Assembly (NCBI GenBank): GCA_964344235.1
Contig: CAYFMJ010000001.1
Coordinates: forward strand, 288,001-352,000
Reading direction: 5' to 3'
Source of the DNA: an uncultured Methanosarcinales archaeon
Lineage (GTDB): Archaea > Nanobdellota > Nanobdellia > Woesearchaeales > GW2011-AR9
Length of the DNA: 64,000 bases
A model generated the notes under the pieces. That model had not been told where the DNA came from and did no database searches. It saw only the letters and a list, made by a program, of their open reading frames with translations. Of the stretch, positions 37,256-46,207 are shown piece by piece (position 1 is the first letter of the stretch; each line of letters opens with the position of its first letter). A program made the position numbers and the translations under genes.

Positions 37256-38557
37256 ATGAAAAAAGTATATGTCGCAATGAGTGCAGACTTCTTACACGAA
37301 GGTCATATGAACATCCTAGACGAAGCTCGGAAATTAGGAGAAGTAACAATAGGATTATTGACAGATGAGGCTGTAGCTACATATAAAAGAATGCCCCTTT
37401 TGAGTTATGAACAACGGAAGAGAATTTTTCGAAATATTGTTGGCGTTTGTGATGTTATACCACAGCATACTTTAGATTATGAAGAAAATATTCGTCAGTT
37501 GAAGCCAGACTTTGTTGTTCATAGTGATGATTGGAAAACGGGAATACAGAAGCCGATCCGGGAAAAGGTAGTTGCCACTTTACAAGAATGGGGAGGAATA
37601 CTGATTGAACCAAGATATACTGAAGGGATTTCCTCTTCGAAAATGGTTGGTCAAATTCGGGAGAGGGGCACTACTCCTGATGTACGAAGAAATATGCTGC
37701 GTCGATTGTTAGCAGCAAAACCATTAGTAAGAGTTCTAGAAGCTCATAATGGTCTCACTGGGTTGATTGTTGAAAAAACAAAAATACAGAATCACTTAGG
37801 ACATATTAAAGATTTTGACGGAATGTGGTTAAGCAGTTTGACGCATTCTACCTCTAAGGGAAAACCAGATATTCAATACGTTGATATTACATCCACTGGT
37901 CAGACCATTAGTGAAATTTTTGAAGTTTCTACCAAACCACTAATTGTTGATGCGGATAATGGTGGGCTTATCGAACATTTTCGTTTTACTGTGAGAACGC
38001 TGGAAAGGCTTGGTGTATCTGCAGTTATTATTGAAGATAAAGTGGGAGCAAAACGGAACTCGTTATTTGGAACTGATGTTAAGCAGACACAAGATAGTAT
38101 TAAAGGCTTTTCAGAAAAGATTTCGGAGGGTAAGAAATCTCTAGTTTCTGATGATTTTATGATTATTGCTAGGATTGAAAGTTTCATTTTGAAGAAGGGT
38201 CTGGAGGACGCTCTAACCCGGGCAAGAGCGTACATAGAAGCAGGAGCAGATGCTATTATGATTCATAGTAAAGAGAATTCACCGTCGGAGATTCTTTCTT
38301 TCTGTGAAGAGTATAAAAGGTTTAGCACGAGAGTTCCATTGGTTGCTGTCCCATCTTCGTATAGTGAGATTACTGAGGAGCAATTAATAGAAGCAGGGGT
38401 GAATGTTGTGATCTATGCAAATCACTTACTAAGAAGTGCGTATCCAGCAATGGTTAGGGCGGCGGAGTCTATATTACAACATGGGCGCTGTCATGAAGCG
38501 AGCAAGAACTGTATGGAAATTAAAGAAATTCTCAAATTGATACCTAATGGAGAGTAG
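37256..38557 (+). CDS. pepM: Cytidylyltransferase-phosphoenolpyruvate mutase fusion (AepX/Fom1 architecture)
   Basis: N-terminal MSADFLHEGH, HSDDW, YTEGISS; C-terminal EAHNGLTG, MWLSSL, VDADNGG, IIEDKVGAKRNSL (PepM EDKxxxKxNS signature), ARIES, YANHLLRS. Confidence 0.93.
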   Translation: MKKVYVAMSADFLHEGHMNILDEARKLGEVTIGLLTDEAVATYKRMPLLSYEQRKRIFRNIVGVCDVIPQHTLDYEENIRQLKPDFVVHSDDWKTGIQKPIREKVVATLQEWGGILIEPRYTEGISSSKMVGQIRERGTTPDVRRNMLRRLLAAKPLVRVLEAHNGLTGLIVEKTKIQNHLGHIKDFDGMWLSSLTHSTSKGKPDIQYVDITSTGQTISEIFEVSTKPLIVDADNGGLIEHFRFTVRTLERLGVSAVIIEDKVGAKRNSLFGTDVKQTQDSIKGFSEKISEGKKSLVSDDFMIIARIESFILKKGLEDALTRARAYIEAGADAIMIHSKENSPSEILSFCEEYKRFSTRVPLVAVPSSYSEITEEQLIEAGVNVVIYANHLLRSAYPAMVRAAESILQHGRCHEASKNCMEIKEILKLIPNGE

Positions 38558-38585
38558 AGTACCAATATAGTGGACTAATTTAGAG

Positions 38586-38604
38586 TTCAAAGGTGGCCTT
38601 TGAA
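38586..38604 (+). terminator. Possible hairpin between pepM and the Fe-ADH gene
   Basis: TTCAAAGG-TGG-CCTTTGAA, a perfect 8-bp inverted repeat; function unproven. Confidence 0.3.
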
Positions 38605-38624
38605 ACAATCACTTTTACATATGA

Positions 38625-38632
38625 TTTATAAA
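38625..38632 (+). promoter_or_regulatory. Archaeal TATA-like box upstream of the Fe-ADH gene
   Basis: TTTATAAA ending 22 nt before ATG 38655. Confidence 0.45.
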
Positions 38633-38654
38633 GAGGAATACGTGTCGAACCATT

Positions 38655-39794
38655 ATGCAACAAGAATATTTTGGTATGGGAAGTATTACGTTTTTGAAGG
38701 AAATATTAGAGCGAGAAAACCCGAGTAAAATATTTTTAGTGCGGGGGAAACAGGCGTATGTTTCTTCAGGTGTGCAAAAAAAATTGGAACCCTTTCTTTT
38801 TGATTATGAGGTGGTTCACTTCTCAGATTTCTCTGTGAACCCAAGAATTGAAGATGTGGAGAAAGGAATAGAACTTTATAAAAAAGAAAAGTGCGATTTT
38901 GTCATTGCTGTTGGCGGAGGAAGTGTTATTGATATGGCGAAGTCAATAAACGTACTTTCTGTGCAACCAGAGGAACCTCCAAAATATATCCTTAAGGAGT
39001 TGCCAATAGAGATGAAAGGAAACCCATTAATTGCTATTCCTACAACATCAGGGACTGGAACTGAAGCAACTCAGTTTGCTGTTGTATATATTGGCAAAAA
39101 GAAATATTCACTCGCCCATAAAGAAATCCTTCTACCAAGTTATGTGATTCTGGATCCATCATTAACCTCTTCTCTGCCGGCTAAGGTGACAGCTTCAACA
39201 GCCATGGATGCATTGGCTCAAGCTATTGAAGCACACTGGTCAGTTCATTCTACCAGAGAATCAAAGATATTTTCGCGAGGCGCTATTTCACTTATTTTAG
39301 ATAATGTTCACGCTGCTGTTAATAGTCCAACAGAAGAAGCGAGAATAGCGATGATGAAAGGTTCAAATTTAGCGGGAAAAGCCATAAATATCGCCAAAAC
39401 AACAGCATGCCATGCTGTTTCTTACCCAATCACCTCTTACTTTAATATTCCACATGGCCATGCAGTTGCGTTGACTTTGGGCGAGATGTTTGTATTCAAT
39501 GCACAAATAGTAGAAGACCAATGCTCTGACAAAAGGGGAGTGGGTTATGTTAAAGATACAATGTATGAACTGATTCAACTTTTCAAAGTGGAAACTGCTC
39601 AAGAAGTTCGTATTAGAATAGAACAATTAATGGATTCTATACAACTGGAACGGAATTTGTCAAAGTTACATATTACAACAGAAGATCACTTTAATCTCAT
39701 CATTCAAAATGGATTTAATCCGGAAAGGGTTAAAAATAATCCTCGGCTCTTAACAGAACAGAATTTAAGAAGCATGTTAACACGCATAAAGTAA
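38655..39794 (+). CDS. Iron-containing alcohol dehydrogenase, phosphonoacetaldehyde reductase/HEP dehydrogenase-like
   Basis: GGGSVIDMAK, PTTSGTGTEAT, DALAQAIEAHWS, TTACHAVSYPIT, PHGHAVA; adjacent to pepM. Confidence 0.85.
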   Translation: MQQEYFGMGSITFLKEILERENPSKIFLVRGKQAYVSSGVQKKLEPFLFDYEVVHFSDFSVNPRIEDVEKGIELYKKEKCDFVIAVGGGSVIDMAKSINVLSVQPEEPPKYILKELPIEMKGNPLIAIPTTSGTGTEATQFAVVYIGKKKYSLAHKEILLPSYVILDPSLTSSLPAKVTASTAMDALAQAIEAHWSVHSTRESKIFSRGAISLILDNVHAAVNSPTEEARIAMMKGSNLAGKAINIAKTTACHAVSYPITSYFNIPHGHAVALTLGEMFVFNAQIVEDQCSDKRGVGYVKDTMYELIQLFKVETAQEVRIRIEQLMDSIQLERNLSKLHITTEDHFNLIIQNGFNPERVKNNPRLLTEQNLRSMLTRIK

Positions 39795-39855
39795 TATCGA
39801 GTTGTCCATAAGATTATTCCATAAGTCTTAAGAAGGAGATTTTGACCATGCGAGT

Positions 39856-41343
39856 ATGGTTAATTATGGTTCAAAGCTTCTAAAAGGGGCCGGTATTATT
39901 TTCTTTATGAGTTTACTGAGTGCTGGTTTGGGGTATGGAATACGAATTATTCTTGCTAAGAATTTAAGTACTGCAGATTTTGGCCTTTTTTTTGCTGTTT
40001 ATAACATAGTGTTGATGCTTGGTTGGATGAAAGGGTTTAGTTTTACGTCTGTTGTTCAAAAGTTTATACCTGGGTTTAAAGCTAAAGGAGATTATACGAA
40101 AATAAAATCAATGTTTATATTTGTCCTTATCTTTACTTCATTAACGAGCTTACTGCTTGTCATCTTAATTTACTTATTCCCGGAACACCTTATTAACAGC
40201 TACTTTAAGAGTAATGTAGCAAAGTCATTGCTTTGGATAATTACTCTTTTTTATATTATTGATGACTTCTCAAAGCTTGTTGCGGGATACTTCCTTTCTG
40301 TACATTTGCCGTTTCTTTACTCCCTGCGGGATTTATTAGTCCGATTATCCCTTTTTCTGCTTTTGTTTGTTGTTACTATTAATACTTTTTCTGTGGCCTG
40401 GCTCTATGTTGTAGCAGCAGCACTCGCACTTGTTGTTAATCTGTTACTTTTTATACGATATTTTCCTTTTCAGTATAAAACTTCAATCACAAAAGATCTA
40501 GTGCGGAAATTATTTAGCTTTAGCACTCCTCTTATTATACGGGATTTTTTTGGCGTCTTTTTGAGTAGGGTGGACAACCTTTTTCTTGTCTATTTCAGGC
40601 CTTTGACAGAAGTTGCTATCTATAACACTATTTTGCCAACGGCAGAGCTCTTATTGTTTATTTCTCGACCTTTTGCAAAGGTCTTGTTTCCCCTGTCCTC
40701 AGAATTGTGGTTTATGCAAGATAAAAGAAGGCTGAGGAGTCTTCTAGGTATAACCCACAAATATTTGCTGTTACTTTTAATTCCACTCGCACTCTTTGTT
40801 GGTTATCTATCAACTTTTATTTTAAGTCAATTTTTTGGCTCAGTGTATGTAGAAGGATCTTTTGGATTAAGGATATTAATTGTTGGAATCCTATTTTCTA
40901 GCTTGAATCTTGTGGGTTATGCTGTTCTAAAAGGCATCGGAAAGACCAAAGAAGTGGCAGTAATTCATATATTTATAAATAGTCTTAATGTTATTCTTAA
41001 TATAATCTTAATACCCTTATTTGGATCATTGAATCAAGGTTATTTTGGGGCTATAATTGCAACAACATGCAGTTTCTTTGTTGCCTTTTTACTTTTGACA
41101 TACTTCTTACATAAATTTTTGCACTATAGACTTTCTCTAGCTATCCTTTTATTTATCGTTACAAGTGGTTTTGCTTCTTTGCTTATTATGCATGTCATTG
41201 TAACACCGATTTCATCTTTGTATGTGCAATTAGCTGTTTTTATTGTTGGTTTCTCCCTGCTGTATCTCGTATTTATCTTTGTGTTGAAAATCACTTCAAA
41301 GCAAGAGATTGTTACTTTATTGAAGATGTTGAGGTCATCTTAG
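39856..41343 (+). CDS. Wzx-type oligosaccharide flippase
   Basis: AKNLSTADFGLF, RVDNLFL, VAIYN; 12-14 TM helices. Confidence 0.85.
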   Translation: MVNYGSKLLKGAGIIFFMSLLSAGLGYGIRIILAKNLSTADFGLFFAVYNIVLMLGWMKGFSFTSVVQKFIPGFKAKGDYTKIKSMFIFVLIFTSLTSLLLVILIYLFPEHLINSYFKSNVAKSLLWIITLFYIIDDFSKLVAGYFLSVHLPFLYSLRDLLVRLSLFLLLFVVTINTFSVAWLYVVAAALALVVNLLLFIRYFPFQYKTSITKDLVRKLFSFSTPLIIRDFFGVFLSRVDNLFLVYFRPLTEVAIYNTILPTAELLLFISRPFAKVLFPLSSELWFMQDKRRLRSLLGITHKYLLLLLIPLALFVGYLSTFILSQFFGSVYVEGSFGLRILIVGILFSSLNLVGYAVLKGIGKTKEVAVIHIFINSLNVILNIILIPLFGSLNQGYFGAIIATTCSFFVAFLLLTYFLHKFLHYRLSLAILLFIVTSGFASLLIMHVIVTPISSLYVQLAVFIVGFSLLYLVFIFVLKITSKQEIVTLLKMLRSS

Positions 41344-41383
41344 TTTCTTAATATTTATAAATAGCTGACATTTTTTTTGGAGG

Positions 41384-42799
41384 ATGAAAAAGAACACATT
41401 AAATGGTCGAAAGTTTGTTTTTTTCTCTGGGTCGTCGGGGCGTGACAAGATGATGATAAAAATAGCGAAACAGCTTGCTTCACGAAATGGTGTGAAAACT
41501 CACTTCCTGACGTTTACACCTGGCCAAACAGTTGATTATTTTGTTTCAGAGGGAATTAAGAGCGATTGTGTTACATCTGTTCTTCACCTCCCTAATCCTG
41601 CTGTGAAGCCAGACATGGCTTTCTTGAAGTCTAAGGAGATAGAATATGGGGTTCAGTTCTTTGACATCTGGCAAATTGCTGCGGCTAGAAGCAAAAAACG
41701 CCATAACATAAAGTCCACTAAGGTGCTGGCCCAAATGGAATTCTTTGTTCGAGAGCTTGAACACTTTATTAAAAAGGTTAAGCCCGATTATCTTGTTGTT
41801 TCTGGGGTTTCATCGTATGTTACCCTCCTTGCATACAAAATTTTTATGAAGAAGGGACTTCCTGTATTAGAGATAACAAACCCACGTATTCCTAATCGGT
41901 TTGCAATTGATGATAAACTGAAATCCGAGTGGCCCTTGCTTGTGAAGAAATACGAAGAAATAAAAAACACCTCTTTGAAGCCGCGGCAGAGGAAAGAAGC
42001 GCTGGACTTCATGCAGTCTTTCTATGTGAAACCTTTAAAGTCAGATAACCAGACTACAGAGAACCAGGACTTCTCACAAAGATTTGCGAGATACTTTAGA
42101 CACATAAAAACATTGTATTATAGACGCCGCCTTCCAGCATTAAGGGTTTTTTGGACTCCTATTAAAGATTTTTTCTTAAAGAATTCTTCACGGTTTGAAC
42201 TTCCAGTAGATGGAGAAAAATTTGTCTTTCACCCTTTACAAATCCAACCAGAGGTTTCTACTCTCCTTAAGGGCAAGTGGTATGTTAATCAAGTAGCCTT
42301 GATTGAAAATATCGCCAAAAGCCTTCCTTGCGATTACAAGCTTTATGTTAAAGAACATGTTAAAAATTATTCCCAGCGCCCCCCAAACTTTCATCGTGAT
42401 ATTAAGCGATTCCCTAATGTTCGTTTGATTGCCCCTTCCGCTGACACTATTTGGTTAGCCAAAAAATGTTCGCTGGTTACGACGATTACTGGAACGATTG
42501 GTTGGGAAGCAATCTTGTTACGCAAGCCGGTTTTAACGTTTGGACAGGTCTTTTATAACCAGTTTGAAGAAGTCGTGTCTGTTGTGGATATTAAACAGCT
42601 TCCCAACATTATAAAAAGCAAACTTGATACTGTTGTTGATCTTGAGAAAACACTGCAATTTGTTAGTGCAGTACAACAGTCAACGTTTCCGGGAATAAGA
42701 GCTCTTCCAACTGACTGTCGAGATCGCTCATTAAAAGATGAGAATATCTTAGCGCTCACTCAAGGGTTAGAACAATATATTTATGCAATGAACCTTTGA
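41384..42799 (+). CDS. KpsS/capsule-synthesis-family protein (ulosonic acid transferase-like)
   Basis: FHPLQIQPEVST, YVKEH, TITGTIGWEA, PVLTFG. Confidence 0.7.
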   Translation: MKKNTLNGRKFVFFSGSSGRDKMMIKIAKQLASRNGVKTHFLTFTPGQTVDYFVSEGIKSDCVTSVLHLPNPAVKPDMAFLKSKEIEYGVQFFDIWQIAAARSKKRHNIKSTKVLAQMEFFVRELEHFIKKVKPDYLVVSGVSSYVTLLAYKIFMKKGLPVLEITNPRIPNRFAIDDKLKSEWPLLVKKYEEIKNTSLKPRQRKEALDFMQSFYVKPLKSDNQTTENQDFSQRFARYFRHIKTLYYRRRLPALRVFWTPIKDFFLKNSSRFELPVDGEKFVFHPLQIQPEVSTLLKGKWYVNQVALIENIAKSLPCDYKLYVKEHVKNYSQRPPNFHRDIKRFPNVRLIAPSADTIWLAKKCSLVTTITGTIGWEAILLRKPVLTFGQVFYNQFEEVVSVVDIKQLPNIIKSKLDTVVDLEKTLQFVSAVQQSTFPGIRALPTDCRDRSLKDENILALTQGLEQYIYAMNL

Positions 42800-42837
42800 T
42801 AGTGATTTGTATCGCTCTGTAGTTCTGTTGGTGATTT

Positions 42838-44544
42838 CTAGTCTTTGCCAAGTGTTTGGCGTAAATAACTTTTTGTTTCAATCAACAGCTTCTTTGGGTC
42901 TTTTAAGTAATGGGTCTTTTTAGCGTAGATTAAAGAGAGACCTTTGAGAAACCAGCCAGGAGGTTTTTTTATGAACGTTAGATTATAGTCTAAATAGGTA
43001 GTTGTTGTTGATGTAAGCTTACTTGCGATCTTCATGAGATCTCTCCTCCCTGCACCAAAAGGGTTATCTAAGGGAATCATTGTGAGATCATACGGTTTAT
43101 TGCAAAGTTGAGAACAGTTTTTCATGAAATCATCAAAATGGATGGTGGTGAAGTGGATGTCCACTTGGTCCGTAGATCGGCCAACATCTTGATGTTCAAA
43201 CGCCCATTTTTTGGAGAAGGAACTCTCTCGAACGTTAACGTTATAGTGCGTTATCTTTCCTTTTGGCTCAAACCCCCCGTATGTGGTTTTATAGTTGTTC
43301 ATTATCTTCTTATTAATCACCACATCTAACTCATAGTGTGAAAAAGTAGCATCGAGTGCTTTGATTACCATGGAAATAAAAGTGCTATTCGCAGAGCCTA
43401 ATAACAATATTCGCTTAATATTTTGAATTTTCTTTATTGAGAAATGCTTCGCAATTTCTCGCTGAAACTTATTTGTTAGGTATGTTGTGTGGTATGTAAC
43501 GAGGTCCTTTTCCTGCTGCTGCAATTCTTTTCGGAAAAAATCCAGTTCTACGGCATGCTCTGGCGAGGCAATGAGGTTGGTTTGCTCGTCGGGATCACGA
43601 GAAAGATCATAGAATTCTTCACTCTGCTCGTCAAATCGAAAAATATATTTATACTTCTCTGTCTGCAAGGCTGTAGCCCGTTCTTTCTGGAAAATATATC
43701 GTATGTCGCTGCGGAATAGTTTTTTTGTATAAGGAGCATCATGTTCAATAAGTGGCAGTAAACTCATCCCTCGAAATCCAAATTCACTGTGAGGAATATT
43801 TACAATATCTAGAATAGTTGGTGTTATGTCAAGGGGACTCACTAGGGTTTTTATTCTCTTTCTCGGACAAGAAGGATATTTCAAAAAAAGGTGTTGTAAA
43901 ATATTTGAATTGGTAAGAATAAGGTCATGGCGCTTCATGATTTTTTTTCGCTCATTGTCATTCCAACCATGGTCTGGGCAGAATAAAAAAAGACAATCAT
44001 CATACAACCCTTCTTTCTTTAACCTCTCAATCAGAAGTCGTACGTATTTTGCAGTATTCTCTTGGTTGTTGTAGTTTAGAAGGAGAAAGAACGGTTCTTG
44101 TAGCTTTCTTTCTAACAGGTGATCCAACAGTTTGTTGATGTCCTGGCTTTTCCAATTATCATCATTTCTGATTCCATCGGGCAGCTCCTTTTGGTCTAGT
44201 GAAAGAACCGCTTGTTTTAATCTCTTCCGAACTTCAGCGGAGTGTGTTGTTGCATATACTGTGTAACCATTTTTTTTAAGAATTCTACTAATGGAAGGAA
44301 AGTAATCATGGTCAAAGCTAAAATCCGCGTTAGTTCTACTGAGATGGATACCAGGCTGGCTAGTCATTAACGAGCTTTGTGACATCAAAGTGCTTGCAGT
44401 TGTGTCTACGACGTTTTCAAAGTACACTCCCTCTGAAGAGATTTCATCAATAATTTTATATTTCCCAAAACGATCCTTTCCAGGATAGTTGCGTATTGCT
44501 TCTCCAAGAATCCAGATTACATTTAGCTTTTTTTTAGAAGACAT
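42838..44544 (-). CDS. Alkaline-phosphatase-superfamily (sulfatase-like) protein with an extra C-terminal domain
   Basis: WILGEAIR, TASTLMSQSSLMTS, PDHG, DITPTILD, YDLSRDPDE. Confidence 0.72.
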   Translation of the reverse strand: MSSKKKLNVIWILGEAIRNYPGKDRFGKYKIIDEISSEGVYFENVVDTTASTLMSQSSLMTSQPGIHLSRTNADFSFDHDYFPSISRILKKNGYTVYATTHSAEVRKRLKQAVLSLDQKELPDGIRNDDNWKSQDINKLLDHLLERKLQEPFFLLLNYNNQENTAKYVRLLIERLKKEGLYDDCLFLFCPDHGWNDNERKKIMKRHDLILTNSNILQHLFLKYPSCPRKRIKTLVSPLDITPTILDIVNIPHSEFGFRGMSLLPLIEHDAPYTKKLFRSDIRYIFQKERATALQTEKYKYIFRFDEQSEEFYDLSRDPDEQTNLIASPEHAVELDFFRKELQQQEKDLVTYHTTYLTNKFQREIAKHFSIKKIQNIKRILLLGSANSTFISMVIKALDATFSHYELDVVINKKIMNNYKTTYGGFEPKGKITHYNVNVRESSFSKKWAFEHQDVGRSTDQVDIHFTTIHFDDFMKNCSQLCNKPYDLTMIPLDNPFGAGRRDLMKIASKLTSTTTTYLDYNLTFIKKPPGWFLKGLSLIYAKKTHYLKDPKKLLIETKSYLRQTLGKD

Positions 44545-44612
44545 GTTTACCTTATCTTTTCATTTTTCTGTTTTGCTTGCGTTTATAAGTTTTATTAAGT
44601 TACATACCAGTG

Positions 44613-46094
44613 TTACTGTTGCTTTTTCAGCGACTCACTTGTACTATACTCTTTTCCTCCATCTTCTTTCACACCATACTTTTTCAGAAGGTAATTATAG
44701 AGGAAATAAATAGTGGCGTCTTGGTCCTCGATCGGAAAGCTTGAAATGACCATTCCCTGTAATCGATGATTACCACATCGTTCTGCATGCCTCTGTGTTG
44801 GGGTGAAGATTTCCTTTGTTTTTAGTAGTGAAGAAGGCCAAAAGCGAAAATCGGTGTCATAGAATAGTAAGTCCGGTGCTTGGTCTAAGTGTTTACCTCT
44901 GTATACTTCCTCTTTTTTCTTTACTTCATGTTTGAAGCACCATCCCTGTTCGCGCTGTAACACTTCATATACTTTGTTCCTTACTCTCTCAAAATCTTCC
45001 TTAGCAACACTTCCTGCTTTGAAATCACTTGTATTGATATAAACGCCATTTTCCATTGCAAAAGCAACAGTATTCTCCCAGTCAATGAGTTTTTTGTTAA
45101 CAGCATCGTTCCATTGCAACGCACCCACTTCGGAGGGAATCAGTCTTGATACATTAGTGCCTTTCAGCAACGCATATGCTAACTTTTTGATTTTGAATTT
45201 CATGAGTAAGGTATCAATTTTGTTGGAATCTAACTTTAGTGTGCTTAAGACAGAAGAGATAAACGTGCTATTTTTTTTCAACTTGAGAAAGTCATTTCTC
45301 ACTAACCATTCGTTAAGGTGGAATTTCCCATGCAACGCACCACCGCCGTGGTCGCTTAAGATGATGATTTCGCCATCATGGCCTGTGACGAGTTTTCCAA
45401 CTTCATGATCGACGAGTTCATAATAGTCATAAAATGCTTTTTCATATTCTTCATTCTCTTCATAGATTGGGCTATCGTGGTAGACATACCTGGCCATAAG
45501 GTGTTGTACGGCGTCAGTGCCGTTTTCAACAACAACAACAACGTCTGGTTTTAGTTCTTTGAGTAACTTTTTCACAACTTTAAAACGAACTTCTGTTGCG
45601 CTTCTGATTTGCTGTATTAACTCATTCATGCTATTCCAGTTGTAGGTAAGTTGGTACTTAGGTAATTCCTCTTTAATCATCTCACGAATCTCTTTTGGGT
45701 AGATGAAGGAATCACTGTCCATGGAAGGTGTGTATACACCCGTTAGAATAAAGCCGTTAAAAGGGCGCGCAGGATATGTTCCTGGAACGTTTATAATTCC
45801 GCAACGGGCATCTACTTTCTCCCAAAAAGGAACAAAATTGTAATGTTTAACAGGGACTTTCGCGTAATCTTTTACTGTATGACAACCAAATAAACCAATC
45901 TCTCCTGGATTACTGCCGCTGACAATGCAAGACCACGCAGGAACAGAATTCGGTGGAATGACGCTTTTTACTTCTTTCAAAGAACCTGCTTTTATTATTT
46001 TTTCAATGTTAGGAATTTTCTTTTTTTTAATAAGTGCTTCAATTAAATTTTTACTTACTCCATCTAATCCAATGACAATTGTCTGTTTATTCAT
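44613..46094 (-). CDS. Nucleotide pyrophosphatase/phosphodiesterase-family protein
   Basis: IGLDG, SVIPPNSVPAW, DAVQH, LSDHG, APDL, GNH. Confidence 0.8.
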   Translation of the reverse strand: MNKQTIVIGLDGVSKNLIEALIKKKKIPNIEKIIKAGSLKEVKSVIPPNSVPAWSCIVSGSNPGEIGLFGCHTVKDYAKVPVKHYNFVPFWEKVDARCGIINVPGTYPARPFNGFILTGVYTPSMDSDSFIYPKEIREMIKEELPKYQLTYNWNSMNELIQQIRSATEVRFKVVKKLLKELKPDVVVVVENGTDAVQHLMARYVYHDSPIYEENEEYEKAFYDYYELVDHEVGKLVTGHDGEIIILSDHGGGALHGKFHLNEWLVRNDFLKLKKNSTFISSVLSTLKLDSNKIDTLLMKFKIKKLAYALLKGTNVSRLIPSEVGALQWNDAVNKKLIDWENTVAFAMENGVYINTSDFKAGSVAKEDFERVRNKVYEVLQREQGWCFKHEVKKKEEVYRGKHLDQAPDLLFYDTDFRFWPSSLLKTKEIFTPTQRHAERCGNHRLQGMVISSFPIEDQDATIYFLYNYLLKKYGVKEDGGKEYSTSESLKKQQ

Positions 46095-46207
46095 CTCTGC
46101 CGGGCTTTGAATTTTGTTTATAAAGATTATGAATAAAGAATGAAAAAAAGAAAGATTTATATACGAAATGTCTCAGAAATAATAAATTAGTAAAACGAGA
46201 GGTATCA

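Noticed and set aside
38558-38654. Remnant of a ppd pseudogene in the pepM-ADH gap
   Set aside because: It is only 97 nt, with no GVPDS-like or GDG-like Ppd motif visible. It contains a hairpin and a TATA-like box instead.
42838-44544. Classical arylsulfatase
   Set aside because: The C/SxPxR formylglycine motif is absent and no maturase is in the window.
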